IMG/VR virus record: IMGVR_UViG_3300032214_001563
Span: 5,958-69,957 of that record
Reading direction: 5' to 3' (one strand)
Length of the DNA stretch: 64,000 bases
From: a virus
In this document: positions 1 to 9,600 of the stretch, piece by piece
How the letters are laid out: the number at the start of each line of letters is the position of its first letter
Position numbering within the stretch: position 1 is the first letter of the stretch
Position numbers and translations under genes: made by a program
Notes under the pieces: model-generated
What the model saw: the letters and a program-made list of their open reading frames with translations, nothing else
Told to the model about the DNA's origin: nothing
Database searches by the model: none

Positions 1-2391
1 ATTTGCCGGTTGATAACCATTTCCATCTGAACCACCAGCCGTTGTTCCAAATCCTCCACTTTGAACAGTTCTTACATAGTATTCAACATCTTCTCCAGGA
101 ACATTTTTGGTTTGAAGTCTTTGTTGGATTTCAAATATGTCGTTTGGATTGACCGTGTAGTATTTTCTGGCAAGTTCATACAAATCGTACTTTCTACATC
201 CAGCAAAGAATGAATCCAATATTTGGTCCGCTCTTTGTCTGATATTTGTGTCGTTAAGAACTCTGTTTACCAACATGTTCAAAACAGAAGGGTGGTCTAC
301 AACAATTTTCCAGGTTAAAGTACCTGAACGTGAGCTGTTGGAATATGTAAACACTGGCTCTGGTCTACCGATGAAATCGGTCTGTTTAAAACTAGCTCTG
401 GTGCTTTCATTGAATGTCAAACCATAAGGGGGGAACCACATAACTCTACCACCATTTGGACCTCTTTCACACACTGGTAAATCAGCAACGGTAAGTCCCG
501 GTCTATTCGAAGTTCTCCATGCAAGGTTTTCAAGTGAGAACATATACTTCTTGGCATAACCATTTGGTCCTCCAATCAAGTTAGTTGAATCTTGACCACC
601 TTCCCTTTTATTAGGTGCGATGTTAAGGTTATATGTTTTGTCAAAGATTGAATAAGAAAATCTTCTTCCTTCAGTTGTAATACCATCAGTTTTCTGAAGG
701 TCGTTGTATTGAAGGTAAGGAGTATCTTTCTGGAATATTCTACAATACTCAACACCAACCTCAGCACCAATAGCACCAATATAACGTTGAACTTTTGAAC
801 CTTTGGTTATTTCTTTGTATCCATCATTGAATACTTTTGACACCTGGTCAATGGCATTTCCAACATGTTGGAGTCTTCTTCCTCCCCTTGGTTGAGAATC
901 GATGATTCTCTGGGTGTCGTCCATGATTGAACCTTGTCTAAACTCAAACTCTGTTGACTCCGTTGGCTGATATGCTGAAGGTCTGAAGTCTGGGTCTTCA
1001 GCTATTGCATCTCCACCTAATCCGACAAATTTACCAGCGTTTCTTTTGAATTTTGGAGATACCCAAGTAAAACCACCAACAATGTCACCACCACTACTAT
1101 ATGTTGGCCCATTAGCCCCAAGATTTAGAGCTTGACCCGGTCCTTCGTATAGTTGCGCTAGCTCTTGTGGTCCATAAACAGGTGCTTGGATTTCTCTACC
1201 GAATTGGTCCACTGGTACGTCACCAGAGGGTGAGAATACCTGACTTGGTTCCGACTTGACACTTCCGATGTAATATTCACCATTGTTTGTATTTCTACCT
1301 TGAAGTGCCCCCGCAACTCTATCAAAGATTGGTCTGTCGTAACCTGGTTTGTATAGGTTGTAATCAATATTCTTGAAAAGTTGGGACCTTTGTCCACCAC
1401 CGGTGTTTTCAAGAAATAATATTGAACCCCTAAGATTTGACTGCGAATTTAATCTTGCAAAAAATCTTCCCAATCCAGCAGCAGCATTAGCTCCAAGGAA
1501 CGCAGCCGCTAATTGTTGTCCTGTTGTGGGAATCCCGCTGTTAATCTGCGGGTCAAAGTAATTTCCAGGAATAACCGAAAATGGTGCGTAAGAGCCAGAG
1601 ATTCTATTCAATAACCCAGCAGCTGCTCCAATAATCGTTGACCCTTCTGTAATTGTCCAGTTAGGTTCTAAAAGGGGAACCCTACCATTTATAAATGCAA
1701 GTATGTCTTCCCCCCCATTTACATTCAAGAAGTTTGCTCTCCCGAGGGTGTTTCTTCTTATCTCCCTACCGATGTTGTACTCAACTTGTTTTCTTAAACT
1801 TGCGGCACTGAGTTTTGCAAGGAACGAATCACTAGATAGCAACCCATTAGAACCTGTTGGGTCGTTGCTTAGCATTATGCCAATCAACGGATAAGATGAA
1901 GAGTTAAAATTTGGATATGGCTGTGCGTTTGAGCTTCTTCCGTTGTTCTGAGTTAGTATCTCCAAAGACCCAAAGAATTCAGCAGAGTCAGTTAACTGGT
2001 CTGTGCTTGCATAAGCATTAAGTGGTTTCCACGCTGGAGCTACACCAGGAAATCCTACTTGAGCAGCAGAGAAACCTTCATCAATAATATTTGCATCCTG
2101 AAAGCCATATTCACCCTCGTTGCTTCTAGTGTTGTTCAGAGCACCAACATACGGAACTTGTTTGTAACCACCATCAGCACCATATTGGTTTAAGGGGTAT
2201 AAAAGATTGGCAAGAACTGGAGTATCGATTAAGGTGTCATCAGTATCAACTGGAGACAAATCCCTTTGTATAGTTTCGTAGTTATAGGGGGGGTTGGGAA
2301 GTTTTGGTGATTTCTTGTAAGCCAGTAAGTTTCTTGCCACAAGTTTTTTTCTAAAAACTTCGGAGCTAGGAAAATCTAGTGGGCTTGCCAT
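1..2391 (-). CDS. Large baseplate/tail-tube-initiator-like virion protein, partial (runs off the left edge; absent from the ORF track)
   Basis: Hand translation from ATG 2391 (MASPLDFPSSEVFRKKLVARN...) stays open for 797 codons to position 1. Contains WFPPYGLTFNE...FIGRPEPVFTYSNSSRSGTLTWKIVVDHP, resembling tube-like baseplate proteins of large myoviruses. Follows the tape-measure gene; TATTTATA upstream. Confidence 0.7.
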   Translation of the reverse strand, partial: MASPLDFPSSEVFRKKLVARNLLAYKKSPKLPNPPYNYETIQRDLSPVDTDDTLIDTPVLANLLYPLNQYGADGGYKQVPYVGALNNTRSNEGEYGFQDANIIDEGFSAAQVGFPGVAPAWKPLNAYASTDQLTDSAEFFGSLEILTQNNGRSSNAQPYPNFNSSSYPLIGIMLSNDPTGSNGLLSSDSFLAKLSAASLRKQVEYNIGREIRRNTLGRANFLNVNGGEDILAFINGRVPLLEPNWTITEGSTIIGAAAGLLNRISGSYAPFSVIPGNYFDPQINSGIPTTGQQLAAAFLGANAAAGLGRFFARLNSQSNLRGSILFLENTGGGQRSQLFKNIDYNLYKPGYDRPIFDRVAGALQGRNTNNGEYYIGSVKSEPSQVFSPSGDVPVDQFGREIQAPVYGPQELAQLYEGPGQALNLGANGPTYSSGGDIVGGFTWVSPKFKRNAGKFVGLGGDAIAEDPDFRPSAYQPTESTEFEFRQGSIMDDTQRIIDSQPRGGRRLQHVGNAIDQVSKVFNDGYKEITKGSKVQRYIGAIGAEVGVEYCRIFQKDTPYLQYNDLQKTDGITTEGRRFSYSIFDKTYNLNIAPNKREGGQDSTNLIGGPNGYAKKYMFSLENLAWRTSNRPGLTVADLPVCERGPNGGRVMWFPPYGLTFNESTRASFKQTDFIGRPEPVFTYSNSSRSGTLTWKIVVDHPSVLNMLVNRVLNDTNIRQRADQILDSFFAGCRKYDLYELARKYYTVNPNDIFEIQQRLQTKNVPGEDVEYYVRTVQSGGFGTTAGGSDGNGYQPAN

Positions 2392-2404
2392 TTAATCTTT
2401 TATT

Positions 2405-2412
2405 TATAAATA
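2405..2412 (-). promoter_or_regulatory. TATTTATA putative late promoter
   Basis: 13 nt upstream of ATG 2391; part of the palindrome TATTTATAAATA; the motif recurs before many structural genes. Confidence 0.6.
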
Positions 2413-2421
2413 GGAGTTTGT

Positions 2422-4149
2422 TTATTTTTTCAACTCTCTTATAGCAGCATCGGTTCTTGCTTTAACTATCTGATATATGTTGTCCTTCACTTCTGGGTTG
2501 TTGAATATAGAGAATATTTGCTGGTCTGTTAGGTTATTTGGAGTATCTACTTTGATATTAATATCCCCCATTACTTCAACTTGACCGGTGACAGTTGCTT
2601 CGCCTGTTTGTCTTTGTTGTCTGGAGTAGGTTTCCCAGCTCTTGTATCTTTCATCTTGACCTTCTCCAATACCTACTTGACGAAATCTTTCTCTTCCAGC
2701 TTCCATATTTTGGAATGAACTCACAACATTTTGAAGTCTTGAGGCAACACCAAGTTCTACCGTACCCTCTTCAACGCTTCTTTTCAAAGCATCTTGAAGG
2801 TCCTCAATACTACCCTTTCCCTTAATTAAGTTTTCTGCGGCACCTTTAAGCACATCACCAGTTTTTTCAAAAGCTTCTCTAAACTCCTTGGTGGTAGGAA
2901 TAGCTTCTGGTCCATATGCTTCCGAAGCAAAGTTATCAAACCCTTCTCTGAGACTTTCTATTCCTCTTGTTAGACCGGTTTGACCAGCAATAGCATAACC
3001 CAATCGCAAAGGAAGTGCTGCAATGTCTCTTGCTATCAATTGGTCAGTGTCAAGCTGTGCTCGAGCAATTTCCTCCATAGTCTGAGGTCTCAGAGCCGCT
3101 TGTTGCTTGATTTGTTGAAATTGAGCATCAGTTAACTTATCAAGAGCTTGGGTTTGCATTTTACCTTGTTCATCTTGGAATTCAACAAAGAACCTGTTAC
3201 CCTCACCCATTTTGGCCATGTTTGCCACCAACATCTTATCCTCTTCACTTCCTTGAACATCGAAAGATATTTGACTTAATCTTCTATCCAAATCTGCAGC
3301 TGCAAGTGCAGTCTTTGTCATGTTTTCATAACTCAATCCAGTTTGCTCCTGTAGTTCTTTCAGCAGACGAACTCCTCCCGGATTAATTCTGAAGTTTCCA
3401 GTCTTTTCGTCAAAGATTGTAAATTGCTTAGCCAACTCAATAATTGAGTCCTGCAGACCCTCTGGGTCGTTGATTGACTTATCCATTAAAATAAATGGGT
3501 CAACTAAATCCCCAGAGGCAACACCTAGACGTTGAAATGCAGATGCCATTTGGATTGCACCTTCTGGGTTCAAAACCTTATCAGCAAACTCAGCTGTCTG
3601 GGTCATGTCGAACCTTAACATTGAAGCTTGGGCTGCCATTTTAGAAAGTCCAAGAACCCCCCCTTCGAAGTTAAAACGGTTCATGTACTCCATACGGGAA
3701 GCTACATCACCCATTATAGTTCTGGCATTCAAACCAATAGATTGAATATAATCAACAGAATCCTCTGTTGCTTCGGCAATATTGGACATTTCAATACCAG
3801 CTATTGCAAAACTTTCCGTAATTTCACCGGCAGTTTTGCCCAAGTATTGAGCGGTAGCAAATATTTCGGTAAGTGTCTCCCTTGTTGCAACTACGTTTCT
3901 CCTGGAGGCTTCACCAATACCTGCGATAGTTGCACTAACGTCAGTTGCTTGCCCACCTAAACGTACAAAATCCGCTACGCTATCAGAAACAGCGGTAGAA
4001 AATTCTAAATACCTAGTTCGAGTTTCACCGAACGAACGGTTGATATCACTGATACCATCTTGAATTCTGCCAATATTCCCAAGTAGGTCTGCAGACTCAC
4101 CGATAAGTTTTTTGAACATTTCGGCACCGCCAATATTCTCTTCCGCCAT
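2422..4149 (-). CDS. Tail tape-measure-like protein
   Basis: 575 aa, helical Ala/Gln/Glu-rich; canonical position downstream of the tube and chaperone genes. Confidence 0.65.
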   Translation of the reverse strand: MAEENIGGAEMFKKLIGESADLLGNIGRIQDGISDINRSFGETRTRYLEFSTAVSDSVADFVRLGGQATDVSATIAGIGEASRRNVVATRETLTEIFATAQYLGKTAGEITESFAIAGIEMSNIAEATEDSVDYIQSIGLNARTIMGDVASRMEYMNRFNFEGGVLGLSKMAAQASMLRFDMTQTAEFADKVLNPEGAIQMASAFQRLGVASGDLVDPFILMDKSINDPEGLQDSIIELAKQFTIFDEKTGNFRINPGGVRLLKELQEQTGLSYENMTKTALAAADLDRRLSQISFDVQGSEEDKMLVANMAKMGEGNRFFVEFQDEQGKMQTQALDKLTDAQFQQIKQQAALRPQTMEEIARAQLDTDQLIARDIAALPLRLGYAIAGQTGLTRGIESLREGFDNFASEAYGPEAIPTTKEFREAFEKTGDVLKGAAENLIKGKGSIEDLQDALKRSVEEGTVELGVASRLQNVVSSFQNMEAGRERFRQVGIGEGQDERYKSWETYSRQQRQTGEATVTGQVEVMGDINIKVDTPNNLTDQQIFSIFNNPEVKDNIYQIVKARTDAAIRELKK

Positions 4150-4164
4150 CTATGGTACTTTCAA

Positions 4165-4172
4165 TATAAATA
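4165..4172 (-). promoter_or_regulatory. TATTTATA putative late promoter
   Basis: 15 nt upstream of the tape-measure ATG. Confidence 0.6.
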
Positions 4173-4179
4173 GAGTTTT

Positions 4180-4344
4180 TTAGTTTTTCTCATTCTCTCG
4201 AACCCACTTGTCCAACATATATTTTCGGACAAAGATTGGCATACTCATAAAATCTGAATATGAAAGGTGGAAAAGTTTGGACAGATAGTAGAATTCATCT
4301 ATCTGACCTTGTCGGTAATCAGAAGAAAGGACGAAAAAAGTCAA
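4180..4344 (-). CDS. Small tail-chaperone second ORF (gp51-like / gpGT-type extension), probably reached by +1 frameshift
   Basis: Unannotated 54-aa frame (L)TFFVLSSDYRQGQIDEFYYLSKLFHLSYSDFMSMPIFVRKYMLDKWVRENEKN*. Overlaps the upstream gene end in its +1 frame; only a TTG start at 4344. Confidence 0.65.
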   Translation of the reverse strand: MTFFVLSSDYRQGQIDEFYYLSKLFHLSYSDFMSMPIFVRKYMLDKWVRENEKN

Positions 4345-5062
4345 CCCCGAAGCCGATGTTCACAGACAGCTTTTCTCCTGACGGGGCAATAATAACCCGA
4401 TTCATATCCAATCGAGGCTCGTTTTCATTCATGAATTTTTTTATCTGTTTCGAATCGGCAAGTGGCATTGCTTCGATAAACTTGTGAATTTCACCTTTGT
4501 CAGTCAAACCATTAACAGAAACAATTTCTTTTTGCAATCTCCATGTTCTCACAGGAGCAATTCTTCCTTGTGGATACGTTTCGGTCATGTTTGAAATTTC
4601 TGTTGTTTCTCCAAACGTAAGTGGTTTTAGTTTCACATTTGCTCCTGAGTTCTCCAAGTTGATACTAAAAGTTCCATCCGCATCCGGTTCGATACCTTTC
4701 TTTATGTTAAGCTCATCTAGACGCTCTGTTGCTGTGAATTTCTTTCCTGATTTGGGGTCAGTCAAATTTAGCTCAATTGTTGGTCCGAATGCTGTGTTTC
4801 TCAAGAAAACAAGAATAGCTTCAATATCCCCTTCGAGAAGTTCTTCTGGTTTAAGCCCTGGTTCGTAGATTTTCGCTCGGAGAAGATTCAAGGTCATGTC
4901 TTTACCACCAGCCATGAGAATATTTTCATCACTTGCTGTAAGGTATCCTACCTTAAGTGAATTCTTTTTATTCTTATAAAAAACTCCTTGAGAAGGGAGT
5001 GGGACAACATCGTGAGGCAGTGAAAACTGCTGTTGAGAATAATTTAAAGTATCTTGGTCCAT
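4319..5062 (-). CDS. Baseplate hub assembly / tail assembly chaperone (T4 gp26-like)
   Basis: VPLPSQGVFY, YLTASDENIL, GDIEAILVFLRNTAFG and a C-terminal VDFFRPFF are typical of gp26-like proteins; lies between the tube and tape-measure genes. Confidence 0.75.
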   Translation of the reverse strand: MDQDTLNYSQQQFSLPHDVVPLPSQGVFYKNKKNSLKVGYLTASDENILMAGGKDMTLNLLRAKIYEPGLKPEELLEGDIEAILVFLRNTAFGPTIELNLTDPKSGKKFTATERLDELNIKKGIEPDADGTFSINLENSGANVKLKPLTFGETTEISNMTETYPQGRIAPVRTWRLQKEIVSVNGLTDKGEIHKFIEAMPLADSKQIKKFMNENEPRLDMNRVIIAPSGEKLSVNIGFGVDFFRPFF

Positions 5063-5065
5063 AAT

Positions 5066-5095
5066 AAAAAAACCGTAGAGTGCGGCTCTACGGTT
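5066..5095 (-). terminator. Intrinsic terminator after the tail tube gene
   Basis: 10-bp stem AACCGTAGAG/CTCTACGGTT with a 5-nt loop, followed by a U-tract on the minus strand. Confidence 0.75.
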
Positions 5096-5130
5096 AAATA
5101 TACCAGATTAAAAAAGTAAATAAATAATTC

Positions 5131-5619
5131 TTAGTAAATCAATACACAACGGTCCATTCTCAATGTTGTTGAAATGGTTGCAAGACCATCTTGAGAATAG
5201 TTAAGAGTGTTGAAGTTAACGTCGGTTAGGAATGTTCCGTAAAGAATCCACTTTTCCACAACAACACCTGTTGGGTCAAGCATTTCCAAATCGATATCTT
5301 TTTTGTAACCAGCAGCGTATCCCATACGTCCAGTCACTGATTCAGCGTGAAGACGAACCCACTCCATCAAAGCTTGTGCTGCTGAAGGACCAATGGGGTC
5401 ACGGAATGTTACTGGAATAGTCTGCCAGTTAAATCTACCCGCTACGAACGTTGAAGTATTCAAAAACTGAATTTCAGTAGGGTTGATGGTAATGTGTGGT
5501 CTTGCAGTAGATTCTACAAACCATTCGTTAATACCTAAAGATGAAGGAAACCTTAGAATGAACCTGTTTTGTCTTTTTGGTTCATAAGGAATCGGCATTT
5601 TCATTAATAAATCCGCCAT
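5131..5619 (-). CDS. Tail tube protein (T4 gp19-like)
   Basis: EPKRQNRFIL, AGRFNWQTIPVTFRD, YKKDIDLEMLDPTGVVVEKWILYGTF; 162 aa, downstream of the sheath gene. Confidence 0.9.
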   Translation of the reverse strand: MADLLMKMPIPYEPKRQNRFILRFPSSLGINEWFVESTARPHITINPTEIQFLNTSTFVAGRFNWQTIPVTFRDPIGPSAAQALMEWVRLHAESVTGRMGYAAGYKKDIDLEMLDPTGVVVEKWILYGTFLTDVNFNTLNYSQDGLATISTTLRMDRCVLIY

Positions 5620-5653
5620 CGTGTTTTCTTATTTTTTACTTTTTATCGTTTAT

Positions 5654-5661
5654 TATAAATA
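5654..5661 (-). promoter_or_regulatory. TATTTATA putative late promoter
   Basis: 34 nt upstream of the tube ATG. Confidence 0.6.
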
Positions 5662-5722
5662 TACCCTTTGTGAAAAACTTTTTCTATTTACTTTTTCTGC
5701 TGGTCGGATAAAATTCACATAT

Positions 5723-5771
5723 AAGTATTAAGTATTAGTTACTATAGATTAGTTATTAGTTCTTAATTAAT
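5723..5771. repeat. Degenerate 7-nt tandem AT-rich repeat
   Basis: AAGTATT AAGTATT AGTTACT ATAGATT AGTTATT AGTTCTT AATTAAT in the intergenic region. Confidence 0.45.
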
Positions 5772-5779
5772 TCTTTTAG

Positions 5780-6604
5780 TTATTTCATTTCTTTCTTAAT
5801 ACCTCCTTTAGTAGAATATACATTAATAGGTTCTTTTATACTATTAAAGTAATTCTGTATACTTAATACGTTTTTTTCATCATCATCAGAAAAACCAATA
5901 GTAGGTTTCTTTGGCAAAAATTTGTTGGCAACGTCTTTTTTAAGAAAAGCACTTTTTTGTAATACAACCGCCATTGCCTTAACGTATTTTACAAAATTTG
6001 CCATCGCTAATACTTTTGCTTCTTCAGGGTTTGCAGCTTCTTCTTCTACGCCAAAACTTACTGGATTGTATCTATTCATCTCGAGGTAAGACCAAATTAG
6101 GTCTTCATCATTCATATTTTCTTCACCGGTGAAATCTCGATATTTTTTTAAGTTTTTGACCAGCTCTTTTTTTGAAATGCCACCAAAACCATTAGTGATA
6201 TAATTGAAGATGGCTTGTTTAATAGTTTCCGGATTGTGCCCTCTTGCTGTGATAATAGCAAAAATAGACCCATTATTTACAGCTTCCTTAAAATCAGTCC
6301 AAGCAGGTCCTAGCTTAGCTTTCATTGCATCAACAAGAAAATCTCTATCCCCGTCTACACCAAAAAATCTAAACGGGTTGGTAGCGTAGTTAGATACTGT
6401 AACTCCGTTGTATTCAAAATTTTCTTTTCCGATTTTACTACGATATGAAGCATAATCCTCGGTAGACATTGGAACTTCTTTTCCTTCGGAGTCCTGCAGG
6501 ATAATTTTGGTCGGCATGTGCACCAAGTTGTCGTCCCAGTCAAAAGCGTAGTATTTGAGGTCAGGGGTGCCGGTTTTAAAAGACGACTTATGTTTTGTTT
6601 TCAT
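5780..6604 (-). CDS. HAD-superfamily phosphatase-like protein
   Basis: Motif I FDWDDN, motif II IITARG, motif IV GFSDDD. Confidence 0.7.
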   Translation of the reverse strand: MKTKHKSSFKTGTPDLKYYAFDWDDNLVHMPTKIILQDSEGKEVPMSTEDYASYRSKIGKENFEYNGVTVSNYATNPFRFFGVDGDRDFLVDAMKAKLGPAWTDFKEAVNNGSIFAIITARGHNPETIKQAIFNYITNGFGGISKKELVKNLKKYRDFTGEENMNDEDLIWSYLEMNRYNPVSFGVEEEAANPEEAKVLAMANFVKYVKAMAVVLQKSAFLKKDVANKFLPKKPTIGFSDDDEKNVLSIQNYFNSIKEPINVYSTKGGIKKEMK

Positions 6605-6616
6605 TGTTGAAATGGC

Positions 6617-6649
6617 AAAAAAAGGGTGGGAAAGTTATTTTTCCCACCC
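6617..6649 (-). terminator. Intrinsic terminator after the tail sheath gene
   Basis: Stem GGGTGGGAAA/TTTCCCACCC followed by a run of 7 U on the minus strand. Confidence 0.8.
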
Positions 6650-6657
6650 CAAAGATA

Positions 6658-9600
6658 TTAAATATTTTCGAAAGATGCTCCAGTAGGAGTAATCAAGAAT
6701 TCGATATCTATAAATTCAAGTGCCTTTGTTGGTTTCAGATAGATTTTACCAGTCAAAGTATTTCTATCCAAGTCCTCAGGAGTCGAAGAAACGGTTACGC
6801 GGAAGTCGTACAAACCACGGTCTCTTCTGATTGAATCCAAGATTGGGTTAACCGAATCCAAGAATTGCTGTCTTACGATTTCATCATTTTGTTCGAACAG
6901 AAGTCTTACAGCAACAGCAGAAATCAACTTTCTAGCCTGAAGCAACAATCTTCTTACGTTCAAACGATTTAACGCTGTGTCTCTAACTTGAAGAGTTTTG
7001 TTACCCCAAATTACAGTGCCCACGTCTGAGAAGGTAGCAATCGGGTTGATACGCCCTTGGTAAAGAGTATCTCTATCCTCTTGTGTTAGTTTTAATCTCG
7101 CTTTAACAGAATTAACAAGACCTCTTGTGTAACCCGCAGATGCGAACCATGGGAAAGAAATGTTGTCAGTCAACGCTAAATTTCTACAAACTTGACCAGT
7201 TGGCGGAATGTAGATTTGAGTATTATTGACGGTGTCTCTTTCAAGTATCCATGGGTAGTAAGTTGCCGTATACGATGAGTCAATTCCAGTTTGGTCTAGA
7301 TTATCCACCGCAGCTTGAGGGTAAATAATTTCGTACTGAGAAGTACCATCAGGAGTATACATGTTGTAGTCAGGTGTAGTTACGATGTAGACCGCATCTG
7401 CTCTCTCATTCTCCACCATTCCGATTGCTAACTCACACAAGTTAGAGTTGTTTACATAGTCAATACCAGGGGTTGCAAACACGTTAATGTTTGTCGATTC
7501 TGGATTATTGAATGTCAATTGACCTAACAAGTATGCGTAATAGTCAGTGTTTGCGAAATCTTGAGTGTTATCACCAATGACAATTCTCTTAAAAGTACCA
7601 TCACCAGATGCTGTTGGGTATCTTTGAGTTGGTGTAGAACCTTGCAAGTAACCAGAAGCACCTAAAGCAAATCTGTCTTGGTTAGTTCTAAACTCTCTGT
7701 AGATGTCCCATCCGTCGAAACCACCCTGGAATACACAGGTGAATTTTCTAGAGTAAATAAAGTAGTAAGGACTTTCTTGCGAAGTAGGTTCAGAATCAAA
7801 ACTTGCAACACCGCAATCAAATGCTGGAGTTCCACTAGTTACTTGTGAATTAGCAATAGTAACAACTGTTGCTCCAGAGTCCATGTGGAAACCTTTAGTT
7901 TGGTAGTTCCAAGGCTCTGAAGTTGTTGCCAAATCCCAACCAGTAACCGGATTCTTTTTCCCTTTGTATTGAAGTAAGTCAGTATCAATTCCAAATTGCG
8001 AAGAAATACCCAAGTAAGTTCTTCTTACAATGTCACCAGATGAAGTAACAATATTTGCACCACCAGCAGTAGTTCCAAAAGGTGGGTCATAAATTGTTTC
8101 ACCAGGGAAGAAGTACTTGGTTTTGATAATAGGGAATGGAGACGGGTTAGTTGCTGTCTCGTAAATTCTCTCTTCAAGACCATAGAATCCACATGGTAAA
8201 GCGTCAACAGGATATTCATCCGACATTTCCACCATTATGTATGCAGAATTTAAAGGATACTCCCCATCAACAGAGCCAATTTGCTTTCCAATAAAGCTGT
8301 TTTGGGATGGGTCCATTGTACAGTTAGTGTATTTTTCATAAACAACTGGGTTAGCATCGGTATCGAAGAAATCACGAACCAATACATCAAATGTTCCATT
8401 GTTGAAAGAAATGTTTGCGATTGAAATCTTAACATCTGTGTTAGCAGAATTACCATCACTGATAGTCATAAATCTGAACAAGTTGTAAACTTTGTTACCA
8501 CGAAGTTCAGATACAAAGTAAGGTGTTTTTGGTGTTTGGTACTGGTCAAGGAACCATGCAATAGAGGTGGTTGAAGCTTTATCACGAGCTTCAGGAAGTG
8601 CAATCAAATCGCACTTAACACCACGAATATATCCTTTGTTGTAACCATAGTTCAACATACCCAAGTAAGATTCCTCAACGTAAATTGGAACTTCTTGTCT
8701 TGGTTTAGAGAAGTTAGCAATTCCAAGAACTTTTGTAATATAGTTTGCATTTGTTGAATCAAATGATGTATCAAAAGAGAAAGTATTACCTTCGTAGGTT
8801 ACACCACTTAGCTGGAATGTTGCAAATGGGCTTTGTGAAATTCCAGAGTATGCTCCTGTACAAACCAAATCCAAATCAGTTAAACCAGTAACTTGATACT
8901 GAGGACCATGTAAATTAGAACTATAAACTGATATACCGCGTGAACGAATTGTTGCGAGAATCAAATTATTCCATTCGGTATATGCAGTACCAGAGTATAT
9001 GTAAGTTTCACCTGTAATTGTTCCAGAGAAAAATCCAGAAGCCCCCGTTACAAAGTTGGTTACATCATAATACCAAGAATATCCAGAGTAACTATTGTTG
9101 TTTGTAACGTCGAATGTTGCATAATACCAAGGGTCGTTTGTTCCAGAAGACAAATCAGCAGAATCAAGACTCAAATTATTGCAACCAAAAATGTTACCAA
9201 GATTGGAGAACTGAGCACTCAACGTTGTGTAATCTGAAGTTGGAATAGAACCGTAGACATTTGCTGTTGAAGCAGAAAGAGTGGTGTTACCTGAAATATC
9301 CAACATGAACCCGAATAAGTCTGCATTGTAAGTTGAGGTTGAACCATCCGTCAATGTATATTGTGTTGACAATGAGTTTGAAACAAGCGCAGGTAAACCA
9401 CTAGCAAAAGTAAGAGTTGTACCTGAGGTATATCCAGTAAAGTTAACTGTGAATGTGGTTCCAGCTGTGCCAGTGTCAATACCAACTGTGGTACCATTTA
9501 CGTTAGCAATAGCCTGTAAACTCCAAGAAGGTCCTGCGTCGTATCCTGATAAACCAAGGATACGAGTAACAAACAATTGATTTGATTGTTGCAAGTAGGC

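Noticed and set aside
576-1894. Short ORFs listed in the first 2 kb
   Set aside because: They lie inside the long minus-strand ORF 1-2391, which the track missed because it has no stop codon in the window.
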